A stretch of DNA of 64,000 nt, from the NCBI RefSeq assembly GCF_011386835.1, contig NC_088810.1, positions 9,858,001-9,922,000 of the forward strand, written 5' to 3'. The first letter of the stretch is position 1. Each line of letters starts with the position of its first letter. The notes beneath the pieces were generated by a model. The model saw only the letters and a program-made list of their open reading frames with translations, did not search any database and was not told the origin of the DNA. Made by a program: the position numbers and the translations under genes. Positions 11,605-45,876 of this stretch are shown here, in pieces. The stretch is from Chrysemys picta bellii (lineage: Eukaryota).

Positions 11605-13510
11605 TGACGCTGGGACAGGGACCCCGTCACAATAAACCCGGGGCAGCAGCCCACTGGGTCTCTGCGTCTTCTTCCCTAGCAGTGGCATGGGGCTGCTGGG
11701 CTGGCAGCTGGGGAATCAACCTGCTCTGCGCACATCAGAGAGAGAGAGAGACGTATGGGGACGGATGGCGAGATGGATGGATAGATAGATGAATAGGGTG
11801 TATGGGGAGGGAGAGATGGATGGATAGAAGGGGTGTATGGGGATGGATGGAGGGATGGATAGGATAGAGGGGTGCGGATAGGGGTGGGTTTCGTGGAATT
11901 TCCATCACTGGAAATTGGAGATGAGAAACATTCTTGTTCAAGCCCAGCTACTGGAAATCACCCTAGGCCGTTCTCTTGAGTCAAACTGGATAGTCACAAT
12001 GAGCCCTTCTGGCCTTAAATGGTATGAATCCATGGAGGGGGCAGAGTTAAGGGTAGACACGCAATGGGGTGGAGTTAAGGGCAGACACGCCGGGGCGGAG
12101 TTATTGAGGGGATCAGCGAGAGGCAGACCCTGGGGTTCTCGGGCTACGTCATTACCCCTACCCCGGCAAGCGGCTGACACCTCCAAGAACTTTAGCGGGG
12201 CTCAGGTGTGCTCAGCACACGCCGGGCCTGCAGAGGTTTGAAGGCTATGAAGTGAAGGTGGCCAGGTGCTTCCCGACAGAGCGTTTTTCCACCAGCAGTA
12301 AATTTCGATGAAATGGCATTTGGGGCTGGGCTGGAGTGGGGTGTAGAAAGGAAAAACAAAGAGCCTTTTGCTAAGAGGTAGGACGGCCCAGTGGTTAGTG
12401 CAACGGCCTGGGCCTTAGCAAGCCTGGATTCAATTCCCTGCTCTGTCACACACTCCCTGGATGACCTTAGGCCCAACTCCATGCCTCAGTTTCCCCATCT
12501 GTACCAAGGGGACAAGAGCCCTGTCCTTCCTCCTGGGGAGGTTGTTAAAGAGCGTGAGGGGCTCAGCTGCTATGGGAATGGGGGGGGCAGAGAAGCCCCT
12601 ATGCTACACCAACTGACCCTTGGCTCTGGCACTGGCTGAAAGGCGCTGTCCCATGGAATTCCTTCCGGGGAGAGAGGTGGCGGGATGTATGACTAGGAGG
12701 AGGGAGGAGAGATTTCCCCTCTGTTTGGGCAGACACAGCCTGATCCGGCAGGGGAGGGGGATGAGAAAAGGAGATGGGGCTCTTCTAAGCGCCACCCACT
12801 AAATAAGCTCCTCCCACCCGAGACATAATAGTGTCCAACTGTTCAAATGACCATGGTGCAGCTCTGGAGTCTGGGGTTGGCCTGGGCTATGTGGGGGCTT
12901 GGGGAACTTGCCCCTCTCCCAGCGAGGGGCTCAGGCTCTCTGCAGACTCAGGCAGCATCGCTGGGTTGGTCACACTGGGGGCAGTTGCCCCCTTAGGACT
13001 GCGTAGCGGCTTCGTCTCCCCTCTGCCCCCAGGTATGCCCCCCCTGCAGGGGGATCTCAGCCCGGCTGCCCTGCCCCGCCCAGCTGGGATGCAGTGGGAA
13101 TTTTCTGTACTATTGTTCCTGGCCTCGGGATTGCTCCCCAGCGGGGGCGGCCGGATGAAATCCGCGCGGGGGGGCCAGGCTGCCAGGGGCGGAACAACTG
13201 GGGCGTGAAGGGACCGGCTGAACCCCCCCGAGAACACCCCCCGGCCTTGGCCATCGACACCTAGCGGAGTGGGGGGGATCTGGGGCAGGCAGGACCCCGA
13301 TGGGCCGAGGGGTGCCAGGCCGGCTGGGCAATGCAGCTGGCCGGGGGGGAGGGGCAGACATGGGTCCCCCCGGAGCCGGGGGGGGGCAGAGCTACTTGGG
13401 GGGGGGCGAGCAGGACCCCGCGATGGGGTGGGGGGGGCTGCCCCACTGCAGTGGGACCCTTCCAGGGCGCCGCACCCAGCAGCCGGGGGCTCCGGCCCTG
13501 CAAGGAGGGG

Positions 13511-13590
13511 TATGCAAATGAGCTCATTAGCTCAGCTAGAGGCCGGGGGGGTGGGGGCCTGACGTGGAGGGGCGGGTGGAGATTGGTGAG
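13511..13590 (+). promoter_or_regulatory. CpG-island promoter of the SYPL1-like gene: octamer ATGCAAAT (13512-13519), CRE-like TGACGT (13560), GC box, inverted CCAAT (gattgg)
   Basis: Motifs clustered within about 100 bp upstream of the first ATG in CpG-rich DNA. Confidence 0.55.
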
Positions 13591-13615
13591 GTCAGCGCGC
13601 GCCTGCATCCGGGGC

Positions 13616-30676
<17,061 letters not shown>

Positions 30677-31006
30677 ACGGCCCCGCTGGGACGCACCAGC
30701 GCCACGCACGACCCCTCGGCCTCAACTTGGCATCAGCGCGGTTCATCTGTCCTAAGTGTAGTCACCGTTTCAACCGGCTGGGGGCGGGTGGGAATTGCAG
30801 AGACAGCTCGGCTTTCAATTGTGAGCAGGTGCCTTTGAGTTTTGACGGCAGCGGTGCTTTCACAGGGTGTGGCGGTGGTGGGTTGGTTTTGTTTTGGGTT
30901 TTTTTCTGCTTTATTCTACTGAAATATTACCCTGGTTGTCGGCAAGGGAGAGGGGCAGCTTCTTCGCGAGAACAGTGGCCTGGCAAAATATCTGTAGTGT
31001 CTAGGG

Positions 31007-31227
31007 CAGTAGTTCTCAAACTTTTGTATTGGTGACCCCTTTCCCACTGAGTGCGATTTCCCCGGCCCCCCCCTTATAAATTCAAAACACTTTTGTATAT
31101 ATTTAACACCAGTATAAATGCTGGAGGCGGAGCAGGGTTTGGCGTGGAGGCTGACAGCTCGCAACCCCCCATGTAATAACGTCGTGACCCTCTGAGGAGC
31201 TGTAACCCCCAGTTTGAGAACCCTGGT
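31007..31227. mobile_element. Short hAT/Charlie-type MITE in the putative SYPL1-like 3' UTR
   Basis: cagtagttctcaaact ... agtttgagaaccctg TIRs. Confidence 0.65.
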
Positions 31228-32685
31228 CTGGGGTCCTAGCCCTTGGCTGGCGTGACCCAGCAGCGCTCTGGTGAACCGAATAGCGCAGTTGGCAGCGGAT
31301 TGGCATGGAACTATTGATTGCAGATAGGGCTGGTGCGTGCAGACTGGTGCAGCGAGTGACCGATCGCAGAGAGAGCAGTTGAGTTGCAGACGGGCACAGA
31401 GAGCGATCTGTTGGCCAGCTGTAATCAGTAGATCTGTGCTAATTGGGACAGATCTAGAGCGCGTGCATGTCAGTATCAAGGTGTTCATTGCAGCAGACTG
31501 CTGCTGATTTCTCTCAGCTGAGTGGCTGGCCCTGCATTTCAAGAAGTGCCTTTTGTCTTTTACACCCCTCTGATGGGGGACGGTTTGTATCTGGGGCACA
31601 TGGCAGGGAGGGAAGCTGCATTTGAAATACACTATTCTCACTTTGTACATGACACACACAACTTCTCTTGGTTTGAAAACCTGCGTTAGCACCAGGCTTC
31701 CTCTGTCATCGACCCGAACCGATTCTTCGTTACAAAGACGAGCTTCAGAATCTCAGCGTTCGCTCGCTCAGGGCAGAGCCGGTCGGGAGTTTTTTGGACT
31801 AACCGTTTTTTCCCCACTGCAAAATGCAGACTCATCGAAACGGAAACTTTTTCAAGTTGGGAGATTTGTCCAAACCAAGCCAGATACGCCACGCTCTGGG
31901 TTTGGAAGAATCTCCTGACGCAGAAAATGTATCGGAGGGCAGAAAGTTTAGAAATTGTCCACACCTTCAGCATGAAAAGGTTTGGGGGTTTTGAGTCGTC
32001 ACTTTTGGTTTGAAATTTTAGTAAAAGTGGGCTTCAAAAGAGCTGACCTCAAAACAACACTTTTTAAAATCATGGAAATGAAATGTTTTGACCCCAACTG
32101 AAATTTTTTCTGTATTTTTCAACTTACCAAAATTGTCGAGATCTGGGTTTTTCATCCCAAATCAGGACAGGAAAACTTGTTGATCTCAAAAATTCTCTCC
32201 TCGCTCTATGAATCTAAACAGAGGTTTGGAGAGCGCTACTGCATTTTTATTTTTGGTTCGGTCACTCTTGTATATTTCCCCTCCCACTATTAGCTTCTAG
32301 GCTTCCCGTCCAGGGCTGACTTTTAGCAGACGCTTTCCCTGGAGTTTGAACATCACACCTGGCTGATTTGAAAGGGAGCTCCTGGCCCCGCTTCTCTCTG
32401 CCTGCAAGTAAAATCTCTTTTGCATTTCTCTCTGTTTTATGCTACGTGGCTGCTTCCAAGATGTACGCCCTGTAGAGCAAAAGCCTTCTCTGCATTCTTC
32501 TCAGCAGAAGACAAGAAATCCATCTCTGAAGTTAATTGTGTTTGAGTCTGATTGGTAGACAAGGAAAAACTATAGAAGGAAGCAAACTTGGCAGATCCTC
32601 AAGCGGCGTAGATTAACTCCACAGTGAGTGCCAGTTTAGACCTGTGGGAATCTCACTTTGCTAGCTACCCTTTCCCATTAGGACA

Positions 32686-32862
32686 GGTTTCAGAGTAGCA
32701 GCCGTGTTAGTCTGTATCCTCAAAAAGAACAGGAGTACTTGTGGCACCTTAGAGACTAACAAATTTATTAGAGCATAAGCTTGAAGTGGGTTGTAGCCCA
32801 CGAAAGCTTATGCTCTAATAAATTTGTTAGTCTCTAAGGTGCCACAAGTACTCCTGTTCTTT
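32686..32862. mobile_element. Inverted Penelope-like ends, internally deleted
   Basis: tttcagagtagcagccgtgttagtc...; palindromic arms. Confidence 0.75.
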
Positions 32863-33879
32863 CCCATTAGCTTGGTGTCACATATTTGCAGAAATTTGTG
32901 GGCAGAGTTAAGGGGGCTCTAGTTCGACCCCCAGATCTGGGCTGGCCATTCTCCAGCATCCGCTATGCAGAAGGTCAGACTGGATGACTATCTGAATTAA
33001 GAGCCGATTGGAAAATTTTCTGCTAAATGGTTTTCAGTGGGAAAATGCGGTTTGCCCCAAATGGAATTTTTTTGCGAAATTGTAGCGATTTTGGACACAA
33101 TGTTTAGATTAAAAAAACACCAAGGGCAGTTTTGCAAACGTCAAAATCTCCGGTTTGGTCACGTTTTTCATTATTCGTTTTGAAAATTTTCGTTAGTTGT
33201 TTTGAAGCAACATATTCTTTCGAAATAAGTGTGTGAGATTGGACAAAACCCCAAGGTCAGAATCGTTTGGCGCGAGCTCAAATGAGCGTTGCGCCCAGAA
33301 ATTCATTGCTTGAAGAATTTGGAAATCTTGGCTTTTGGATGGAGGGGAGGGAATTGAAAGTTTGAAAATTTATGCCGGAGGGAAAAATCTCTCCCAACCA
33401 GCTCTTATGTCTGTGATCCAATATTTCACTTTGCCTGTGGGCTCGGTTGTGATGCAGATGCGCGTGGGACTCTCACCCTGCTCTCGTCACTGGTGTGTAT
33501 TTGCCTGCGATCGAGGTTCGAAGCTCGGCTTTAAGGTCATGACAGGTGGAAGCTGGACCTGGCTTTTAATTTTTTTATTTACACTTTTTCTTACGAATTG
33601 TTCAAGAAATATGTATGTCCTGTATGCCACCGACTTGATAATAAAAACCAATTATCTCAGCGGAATTTTCTGAGCTGCCACCCTAACCCTTGGGGCCGGA
33701 GCTAGCTAGGGGCGGGGTGAGGTTAAATGCATTAAAGAGGTGATGGGAGCCAGGTAAGGACTTAGCTAGAGAAGTCTTTGTTTGAAAAAAAGCTTTGGAG
33801 GGATAATTTTCCCACTAGCTGTAGTTCCTGCAAACCTGGAAGGGGTGTTTACACATATAACAGCTGGTGTAGCGGTGGT

Positions 33880-34370
33880 CTGCGGGTCGGGAGTGAGGGG
33901 CACTGGCAGAGCTGGGGGGGATCCCTGGGCTGGGATAGCGGGGGGCTGCAGGTCGGGAGTGAGGGGCACCAGACGCACTGGGGGGGATCTCAGGGCTGGG
34001 ATAGCAGGGGGCTGTGAGTCGGGAGTGAGGGGCATTGGCAGCGCTGGGGCGGATCTCAGGGCTGGGATAGCAGGGGGCTGTGGGTCGGGAGTGAGGGGCA
34101 TTGGCAGCACTGGGGGATCTCAGGGCTGGGATAGCAGGGGGCTGCAGGTCGGGAGTGAGGGGCACCAGCCTTACGGGTGGGAATCTCAGGGCTGGGATAG
34201 CAGGGGGCTGCGGGTTGGGAGTGAGGGGCACCGGCAGCACTGGGGGGATCTCAGGGCTGGGATAGCAGGAGGCTGCGGGTCGGGAGTGAGGGGCACCGGC
34301 AGCGCTGGGGGGGGATCCCGGGGCTGGGATAGCAGGGGGCTGTGGGTCGGGAGTGAGGGGCACCGACTGC
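33880..34370 (-). repeat. Further array of the ~65 bp GC-rich minisatellite
   Basis: gcgggtcgggagtgaggggcac units. Confidence 0.8.
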
Positions 34371-34599
34371 TTGCAGATCCAAGGGAGAGAAACTTCCCTG
34401 CTATGTTGGTGTTTTAGGTACTGGTTGGGGCCCAAAGGGCAGTGCTCACGTGCCTGGTTGAAGGGGGGGAAGAAACAGGAGCCGTTGGCCAGGTTCTGCG
34501 TGGTGGAAACTGGGTCCAACCACTCCCAGGAGATGAGACACCAAGACACAGACTCTGCTGCTCGGGCTTTATTATGGATTCTGCCCCCCGGCACCATCC

Positions 34600-39394
<4,795 letters not shown>

Positions 39395-39539
39395 GGGGCT
39401 CAGGCGCGGTAATGCACAGGGCTAGCGGCAGCTGGCTCGGTGGTGGGGGGAGAAGGAAAAGGGAAAATTAACAAATAACTCACCCCTTCAAAACAGACTC
39501 CGCCCACCAACATCCACCACCTGCTCTGGGTTAGATGCC

Positions 39540-40990
39540 GCTTCATCCCCAAACACGTCCGTCCACCCATCCTTCCATCCCCAAACACGTCCATCCACCC
39601 ACCCACGCCTCCATCCCCAAATACGTCCATCCATCCATCCCTCCATCCCCAAACACGTCTATCCACCCACCCCTTCATCCCCAAACACGTCCATCCACCC
39701 ACCCACCCCTCCATCCCCATACACGTCCGTCCACCCATCCTTCCATCCCCAAACACGTCCATCCACCCACCCACCCCTCCATCCCCATACACGTCCGTCC
39801 ACCCATCCTTCCATCCCCAAACATGTCCATCCACCCACCCACCCCTCCATCTCCATACACGTCCATCCACCCATCCCTCCATCCCCAAACATGTCCATCC
39901 GCCCATCCCTCCATCCCCATACATGTCCATCCATCCATCCATCCCTCCATCCCCAAATATGTCCACCCACCCATCCCTCCATCCCCATACACGTCCATCC
40001 ACCCACCCAACCCTCCATCCCCATACACGTCTGTCCACCCACCCACCCCTCCATCTTCATACACATCCATCCACCCACCCACCCCTCCATCCCCAAACAC
40101 GTCCATCCACCCATCCCTCCATCCCCATACACGTCCATCCACCCACCCACCCCTCCATCCCCATACACGTCCATCCACCCATCCTTCCATCCCCAAACAC
40201 GTCCATCCACCCACCCACCCCTCCATCCCCAAACACGTCCATCCATCCATCCCTCCATCCCCATACACGTCCATCCACCCCTCCATTCCCATACATGTCC
40301 GTCCACCCATCCTTCCATCCCCAAACACGTCCATCCACACACCCACCCCTCCATCTCCATACACATCCATCCACCCACCCACCCCTCCATCCCCAAACAC
40401 GTCCACCCATCCCTCCATCCCCATACACGTCCATCCACCCACCCACCCCTCCATCCCCATACACGTCTGTCCACCCATCCTTCCATCCCCAAACACGTCC
40501 ATCCACCCATCCACACCTCTATCCCCAAACATGTCCACCCACCCACCCCTCCATCCCCAAACATGTCCATCCGCCCATCCCTCCATCCCCATACATGTCC
40601 ATCCATCCATCCATCCCTCCATCCCCAAATATGTCCACCCACCCACCATCCCCATACACGTCCATCCCTCCATCCCCATATACGTCCATCCATCCACCCA
40701 CCTCTCCATCCCCAAACATATCCGTCCACCCACCCCTCCATCCCCATACACGTCCATCCACCCACCCCTTCATCCCCATACATTTGTCCACCCATCCCTC
40801 CATCCCCAAACATTTCCATCCACCCATCCCCATACATGTCTGTCCATCCATCCACCCCTCCATCCCCAAATACGTCCACCCACCCACCATCCCCATACAC
40901 ATCCATCCATCCACCCATCCCTCCATCCACCCACCCTTCCATCCCCAAACACCATCCATATACGTGTCCATCCCCCTCCATCTCCATACT
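39540..40990. repeat. C/A-rich degenerate tandem repeat
   Basis: ccatccccaaacacgtccatccacccacccacccct units. Confidence 0.9.
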
Positions 40991-41759
40991 TACACATTAT
41001 CTATCTATCTATCTATCTACTCTGTCTCAGTGTTCAGAGCTCTCTAGGGGAGTTAGGTACACATCTTGGAGAATTAGGTACCCCTAACAGGATGGACCCA
41101 TCTAACCTCCCTAGGAAGCTCTGAAAGTCTCCGCCAAAGATTTCACTCCGTGTCCAGCCCCCAGGACTAAAGCAGAAGAGGGAGCAGCGTCTCGCTCTTC
41201 CACGCCCTCCCGGTTGGATGGTTCCTGGAAAGCCAAGCCAGAGGAATGGTTGTTGCATCTGGTTCTGGGTGGCAGGGCCTGCCATGACTAGCTCATGCCC
41301 AAATGAAGGTCAGGTCTGGCCCAGGGTGTGGGGATCTCCCGAGCCCATGACTCAGATGGGCAGTGTAGAAACGGAAGGACCTGCCTCGCTGGCCTGATGT
41401 CTGCCAGACTGACCCGTTGGGCCTCCAGAAATCCCCAGATGGGGCTCCCAAAGCACGGGAGCTGTGGGTTTTTTTTTTTTAACCGATGGGCAGTGTCACT
41501 GGGTGTCGGGCTCCTGCGCCTTTGGGAGCTCGCCTGCCCCAGCCTAGCTCCCCAAAACCCAAGGGAGAGAGAAACCATGTCTCTCCGGCAGAGAACCCCG
41601 GCCAGTGCAGCAGCCCCGTCTGGGCAGAAAACTGACCCGTGTTGCTGGAGGGTGCGTGTGCTTCGGTGCTTGTGTCCCCCTGAGTTCTCACTGCGCTCAC
41701 CAGGGGCATCACAGCCCCCCACGCACATGGGGCCACCTCCCATCTCCTGCTACAACCTC

Positions 41760-42380
41760 TCCATGCTTTCCTCCATGCCAGGGGCACTGTGTGCCCCATT
41801 CCCCTCCCCCCATGCTAGGGACTCTGTGTGCCCCATTCCCACTCTCATAATGCCAGGGACTCTTTGTGCCCCATTCCCCCTCCCCCATGCCAGGGGCTCT
41901 GTGTGCCCCCATTCTCCTCCCCCCAGGCCTGGGGCTCTGTGTGCCCCATTCCTCCTCCCCCCAGGCCTGGGGCTCTGTGTGCCCCATTCCCCTCCCTCAT
42001 GCCAGGGGTTCTGTGTGCCCCCATTTCCCTTCCCCCCATGCCTGGGGCTCTGTGTGCCCCATTCCTCCTCCCCCCATGCCAGGGGTTCTGTGTGCCCCCA
42101 TTTCCCTTCCCCCCCATGCCAGGGGCTCTGTGTGCCCCCATTCCCCTCCCCCCATGCCAGGGGCTCTGTGTGCCCCCATTTCCCTTCCTCCCCATGCCAG
42201 GGGCTCTGTGTGCCCCCATTCCCCTCCCCCCATCCCAGGGGCTCTGTGTGCCCCCATTCCCCTCCTCCATGCCAGGGGTTCTGTGTGCCCCATTCCCCTC
42301 CCTCATGCCAGGGGCTCTGTGTGCCCCATTCCCTCTCCCCCCATGCCAGGGGCTCTGTGTGCCCCCATTCCCACTCTACA
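41760..42380. repeat. ~39 bp minisatellite
   Basis: ccatgccaggggctctgtgtgcccccattcccctcccc units. Confidence 0.9.
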
Positions 42381-44819
42381 AGCATGGCCCCAATGAAGGC
42401 TCACTGCCCTCACAGTAAAATCTAGGAGTTCTCCCTTCATGCCATGCCTCCAGGAGCTGGAGATTTAGGAAATCGCTAAGTATTACAAGGCTTGTGATAA
42501 AAGAGCAACAGTTGGCGACACTGAGATAGATTCTTCCCAACCCTCCGCTTGCCACCAGATGGGTGTGGAATAGAAGTGAAAAGCTACTTACGAAAGACTT
42601 TGGAGCAAACAACGTCGAAGCAGCTTTAGCTGTTAGGCAATAGGGGTTCCCTGTTCAACAGGCTGCTGATAATTAGTCTGACCACTGGAGATAGTTAAAA
42701 AAAATAAAAAATCAGAAATTTTGGGGGAAATGTCAAGAATTTTGGAAAATAAAAGTCAAGAGTTTTGAGAGGGAAAAGTTCAGGAATTTGGGGGGAAATA
42801 GCAAGAACCTGGGAGAAAATTTCAGAAAAGTTGGGCAGAATTTCTAGAATTTGTGGGAACTGTTGAAGAATTAGCAGGAAATGTCAAGAAATGTGCAGGA
42901 AATGTTTCAAAACATTGTGGTGGGAAATTTTCAAAAACGATTGGAGACCGTTTCAAGAATTTGTAGGAATATATCAAACATGGGGGAAATTTCAAGATTT
43001 TTTAGAAAACATTTTGAGACTTAGAAGGAAAATTTCAAATATTGGGAAAAATTCAAATATTTTGGGGACAATTTCAAGGATTTTGGAGAAAATTTCAAGA
43101 AACTACACAAAACGTTTAAAAAGGAAAAATTTTTGGGGGAAATTGCAAAACGTTTGGTGAAAATTCCAAGAATTTAGATGACATTTTCAAAATTTTTGAA
43201 GAAAATGTCAAGAATTGAGAAAATTTTGCAAATTTTGAGGGGGAATGTTCAAGAATTTGTGGGACATTTTAAATATTTCACCGGGGGGATGCAAGACATT
43301 GGGTAAGTTTTGAAAACTTGTAAACCGTTTTCATATAGTTTTTTTTCTTCAAACTGGAACAGTTTTGCCTCATTTGAAACGTTCCATGACAATTTTTAAC
43401 TGCAATTTAGTACCATTTTTTTTCCATTTTGAAACATTTCTTGACTTCTATTTCCAAGATAAGCAATTTTCAGAATTGATTTTTTTGGGTGTCTATCAAT
43501 TAAGCAGCAATTTCAAAACCACATTAAAAAAATAACAATTTCAGAAACTTTCAAAACAGGAAAGTGTTAAAACCAAACCATTTTCAATGCTAAAAGGCTT
43601 TTTGCATGTTATTTAAACAGTTCCTTTGTTTGCTTTCAAAGCAGAGTGATTTTTTTTCATGCTCCCATTTTGTACAACAGGATTTCATTTGCCTGGATTA
43701 TTATTGGTGTTAAATCTCATGATTTTTCATGCCAATCTCGCGATTTTCCTAGCTTCACTGATTATAAAGCCAGATGGAAACCTCTGTGATCATCTGAGCT
43801 AATCCTTCATATTGTTAACCGAGCACCAAACACAAATCCACAACCACTCCCTTGCCCTTCATCAAAGGGCTGTTGATGGCTTCTCCATCAGTGGCAAGTT
43901 TGCAATCACGATGTGCCATTTTCGCCAGATGCTCTGTTCTGGTTCCACCAGAAATTAAGTGAGGGAAGTTCTCCGGCCTGGGTCATACATGGGGTCCGGC
44001 TAGATGATCACAGTGGTCCCTTCTAGCCTTGGAGTCTACGAATCCGATAACAGAGCAGGGTCTGCCCCGGAGCACTTGGCCCAGAGTTCCATCAAGCGGA
44101 GGCCACAGGAATCATCCATCGTGTGGTTCCCCTCCTGAGTGAACCGAGATGAAGCAGCGGCAGCGTTACCCTTCACCAATCTGTACCGGCCACCGAGCCG
44201 TCCTGGCATCCCTCTCCACTGTGGGCCCCCCAAACTGGCTCAGCCCAGAGATCAACCAGAAATCTGCCCTCACCGGAGCTAGGTAATCCGTGCACTGGGT
44301 GGAGGAACTTCCCCTGGCACCTTGGCTTCCCCAGCAAGCGGCGACGTGTTGGCTGGTGCCCACAGTCTCCTCTCTGCTGGATCCTCCGTGTGCTTGGCTT
44401 ATAACCTGCCTTCGGCTCTGGAACCAGCTGCCCCGAGGGAGCGTGCAGGGCAGGGCTGGCCCACGCCTCTCAGCCTGTCATTAACCCTCTCTCACCCTGC
44501 CTTGACATCAAATAAAGCCTGGGTGTCACCGGCAAAAGGGATAAGGGGTGTTGTCACCTTGTGGGGCCCACGCAAGCTGGGGATTAGGGGCGGCTCACAT
44601 GGTCCAGATGCAGGGGAGGGAAGCCAGAGCTGTCATATTTTCGGGGTTGCACCAGGCGAAGCAGGGATGATTTGTGTAGGTCTCCCTGAAATTAGAGGGC
44701 ACGCCAGACTGGCGCTAATGGAGCCGCTGGCTAGTTGCGTCGTAGCAGGAAGTTAGAGAATCGAGCAGGGCACATGCTGTCGGGCGAGTGTGATTGTGTG
44801 TTTGCGTGTCGGAGAAGGG

Positions 44820-45530
44820 ACTGTCCCTCGCTGTGTGTCTTGGCAGTGACAGGGCCCCAATCTCAGCTGGGGCAGGGACTGTCTCTGGCTGCGTGTCTGG
44901 GCAGCACCTGGCACACTGGGGTGCTGATCTCAGCTGGGGAAGGGCCTGGTTGGCTGTGTCTGGGCAGCGCCTGGCATACTGTGGCCCTGATCCCAGCTGG
45001 GGCAGGGACTGTCTCTCGCTGTGTGTCTGTGAAGCGCCCGGCACAACGGGGCCCTGATCTCAGCTGGGGCAGGGACTGTCTCTTGCTGTATGTCTGTGCA
45101 GCGCCTGGCAGAACGGGGCCCTGATCTCAGCTGGGGCAGGGACTGTCTCTTGCTGGGTCTGGGCAGCGCCTGGCACAACAGGGCCCTGATCTCAGCTGGG
45201 GCAGGGACTGTCTCTTGTTGTATGTCTGTGAAGCGCCCGGCACAACGGGGCCCTGATCTCAGCTGGGGCAGGGACTGTCTCTTGCTGGGTCTGGGCAGCG
45301 CTTGGCACAATGGGGCCCTGATCTCAGCTGGGGCAGGGTCTGTCTCTCGCTGTGTCTGTGAAGCGCCCGGCACAACGGGGCCCTGATCTCAGCTGGGGCA
45401 GGGTCTGTCTCTCGCTGTGTCTGGGCAGCACCTGGCACAACGGGGCCCTGATCTCAGCTGGGGCAGGGACTGTCTCTTGCTGTGTGTCTGTGCAGCGCCC
45501 GGCACAATGGGGCCCTGATCTCAGCTGGGG
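44820..45530. repeat. Tandem array of a dispersed ~55-60 bp repeat
   Basis: gcacaacggggccctgatctcagctggggcagggactgtctct units; single copies at about 15170-15270 and 24940-24990. Confidence 0.8.
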
Positions 45531-45615
45531 CGGCTACCGTAATGCACATAAGAGACGTTGCTCATGCTGGGGCAGGCCAGCTTGATGCTGTCTCCGATTC
45601 CTCGCCTCGGTCAGT

Positions 45616-45876
45616 CAGGGCCGCCCAGAGGATTCAGGGGGCCTGGGGTCTTCGGCGGCGGGGCTCCTTCTGCTCCAGGTCTTCGGGGCACTTCAGCAGC
45701 GCGTCCCGGAGCGAGTGAAGGACCCGCCGCCGAAGACCCGGAGCGGAAGAAGCTCTGGGTGTGTTCGACGGCACTGAAGGACCTGCCCCCAAAGACCTGC
45801 CGAAAACTCTCATGGGGGCCCCTGCAGGGTCCAGGCCTATTGCTCCACTTGCCCCCTCCCCCCCGGGGCGGCCCTG
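45616..45876. mobile_element. GC-rich MITE (cagggccgccc TIR); related copy at 46143-46430
   Basis: cagggccgcccag ... ggggcggccctg termini. Confidence 0.65.
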
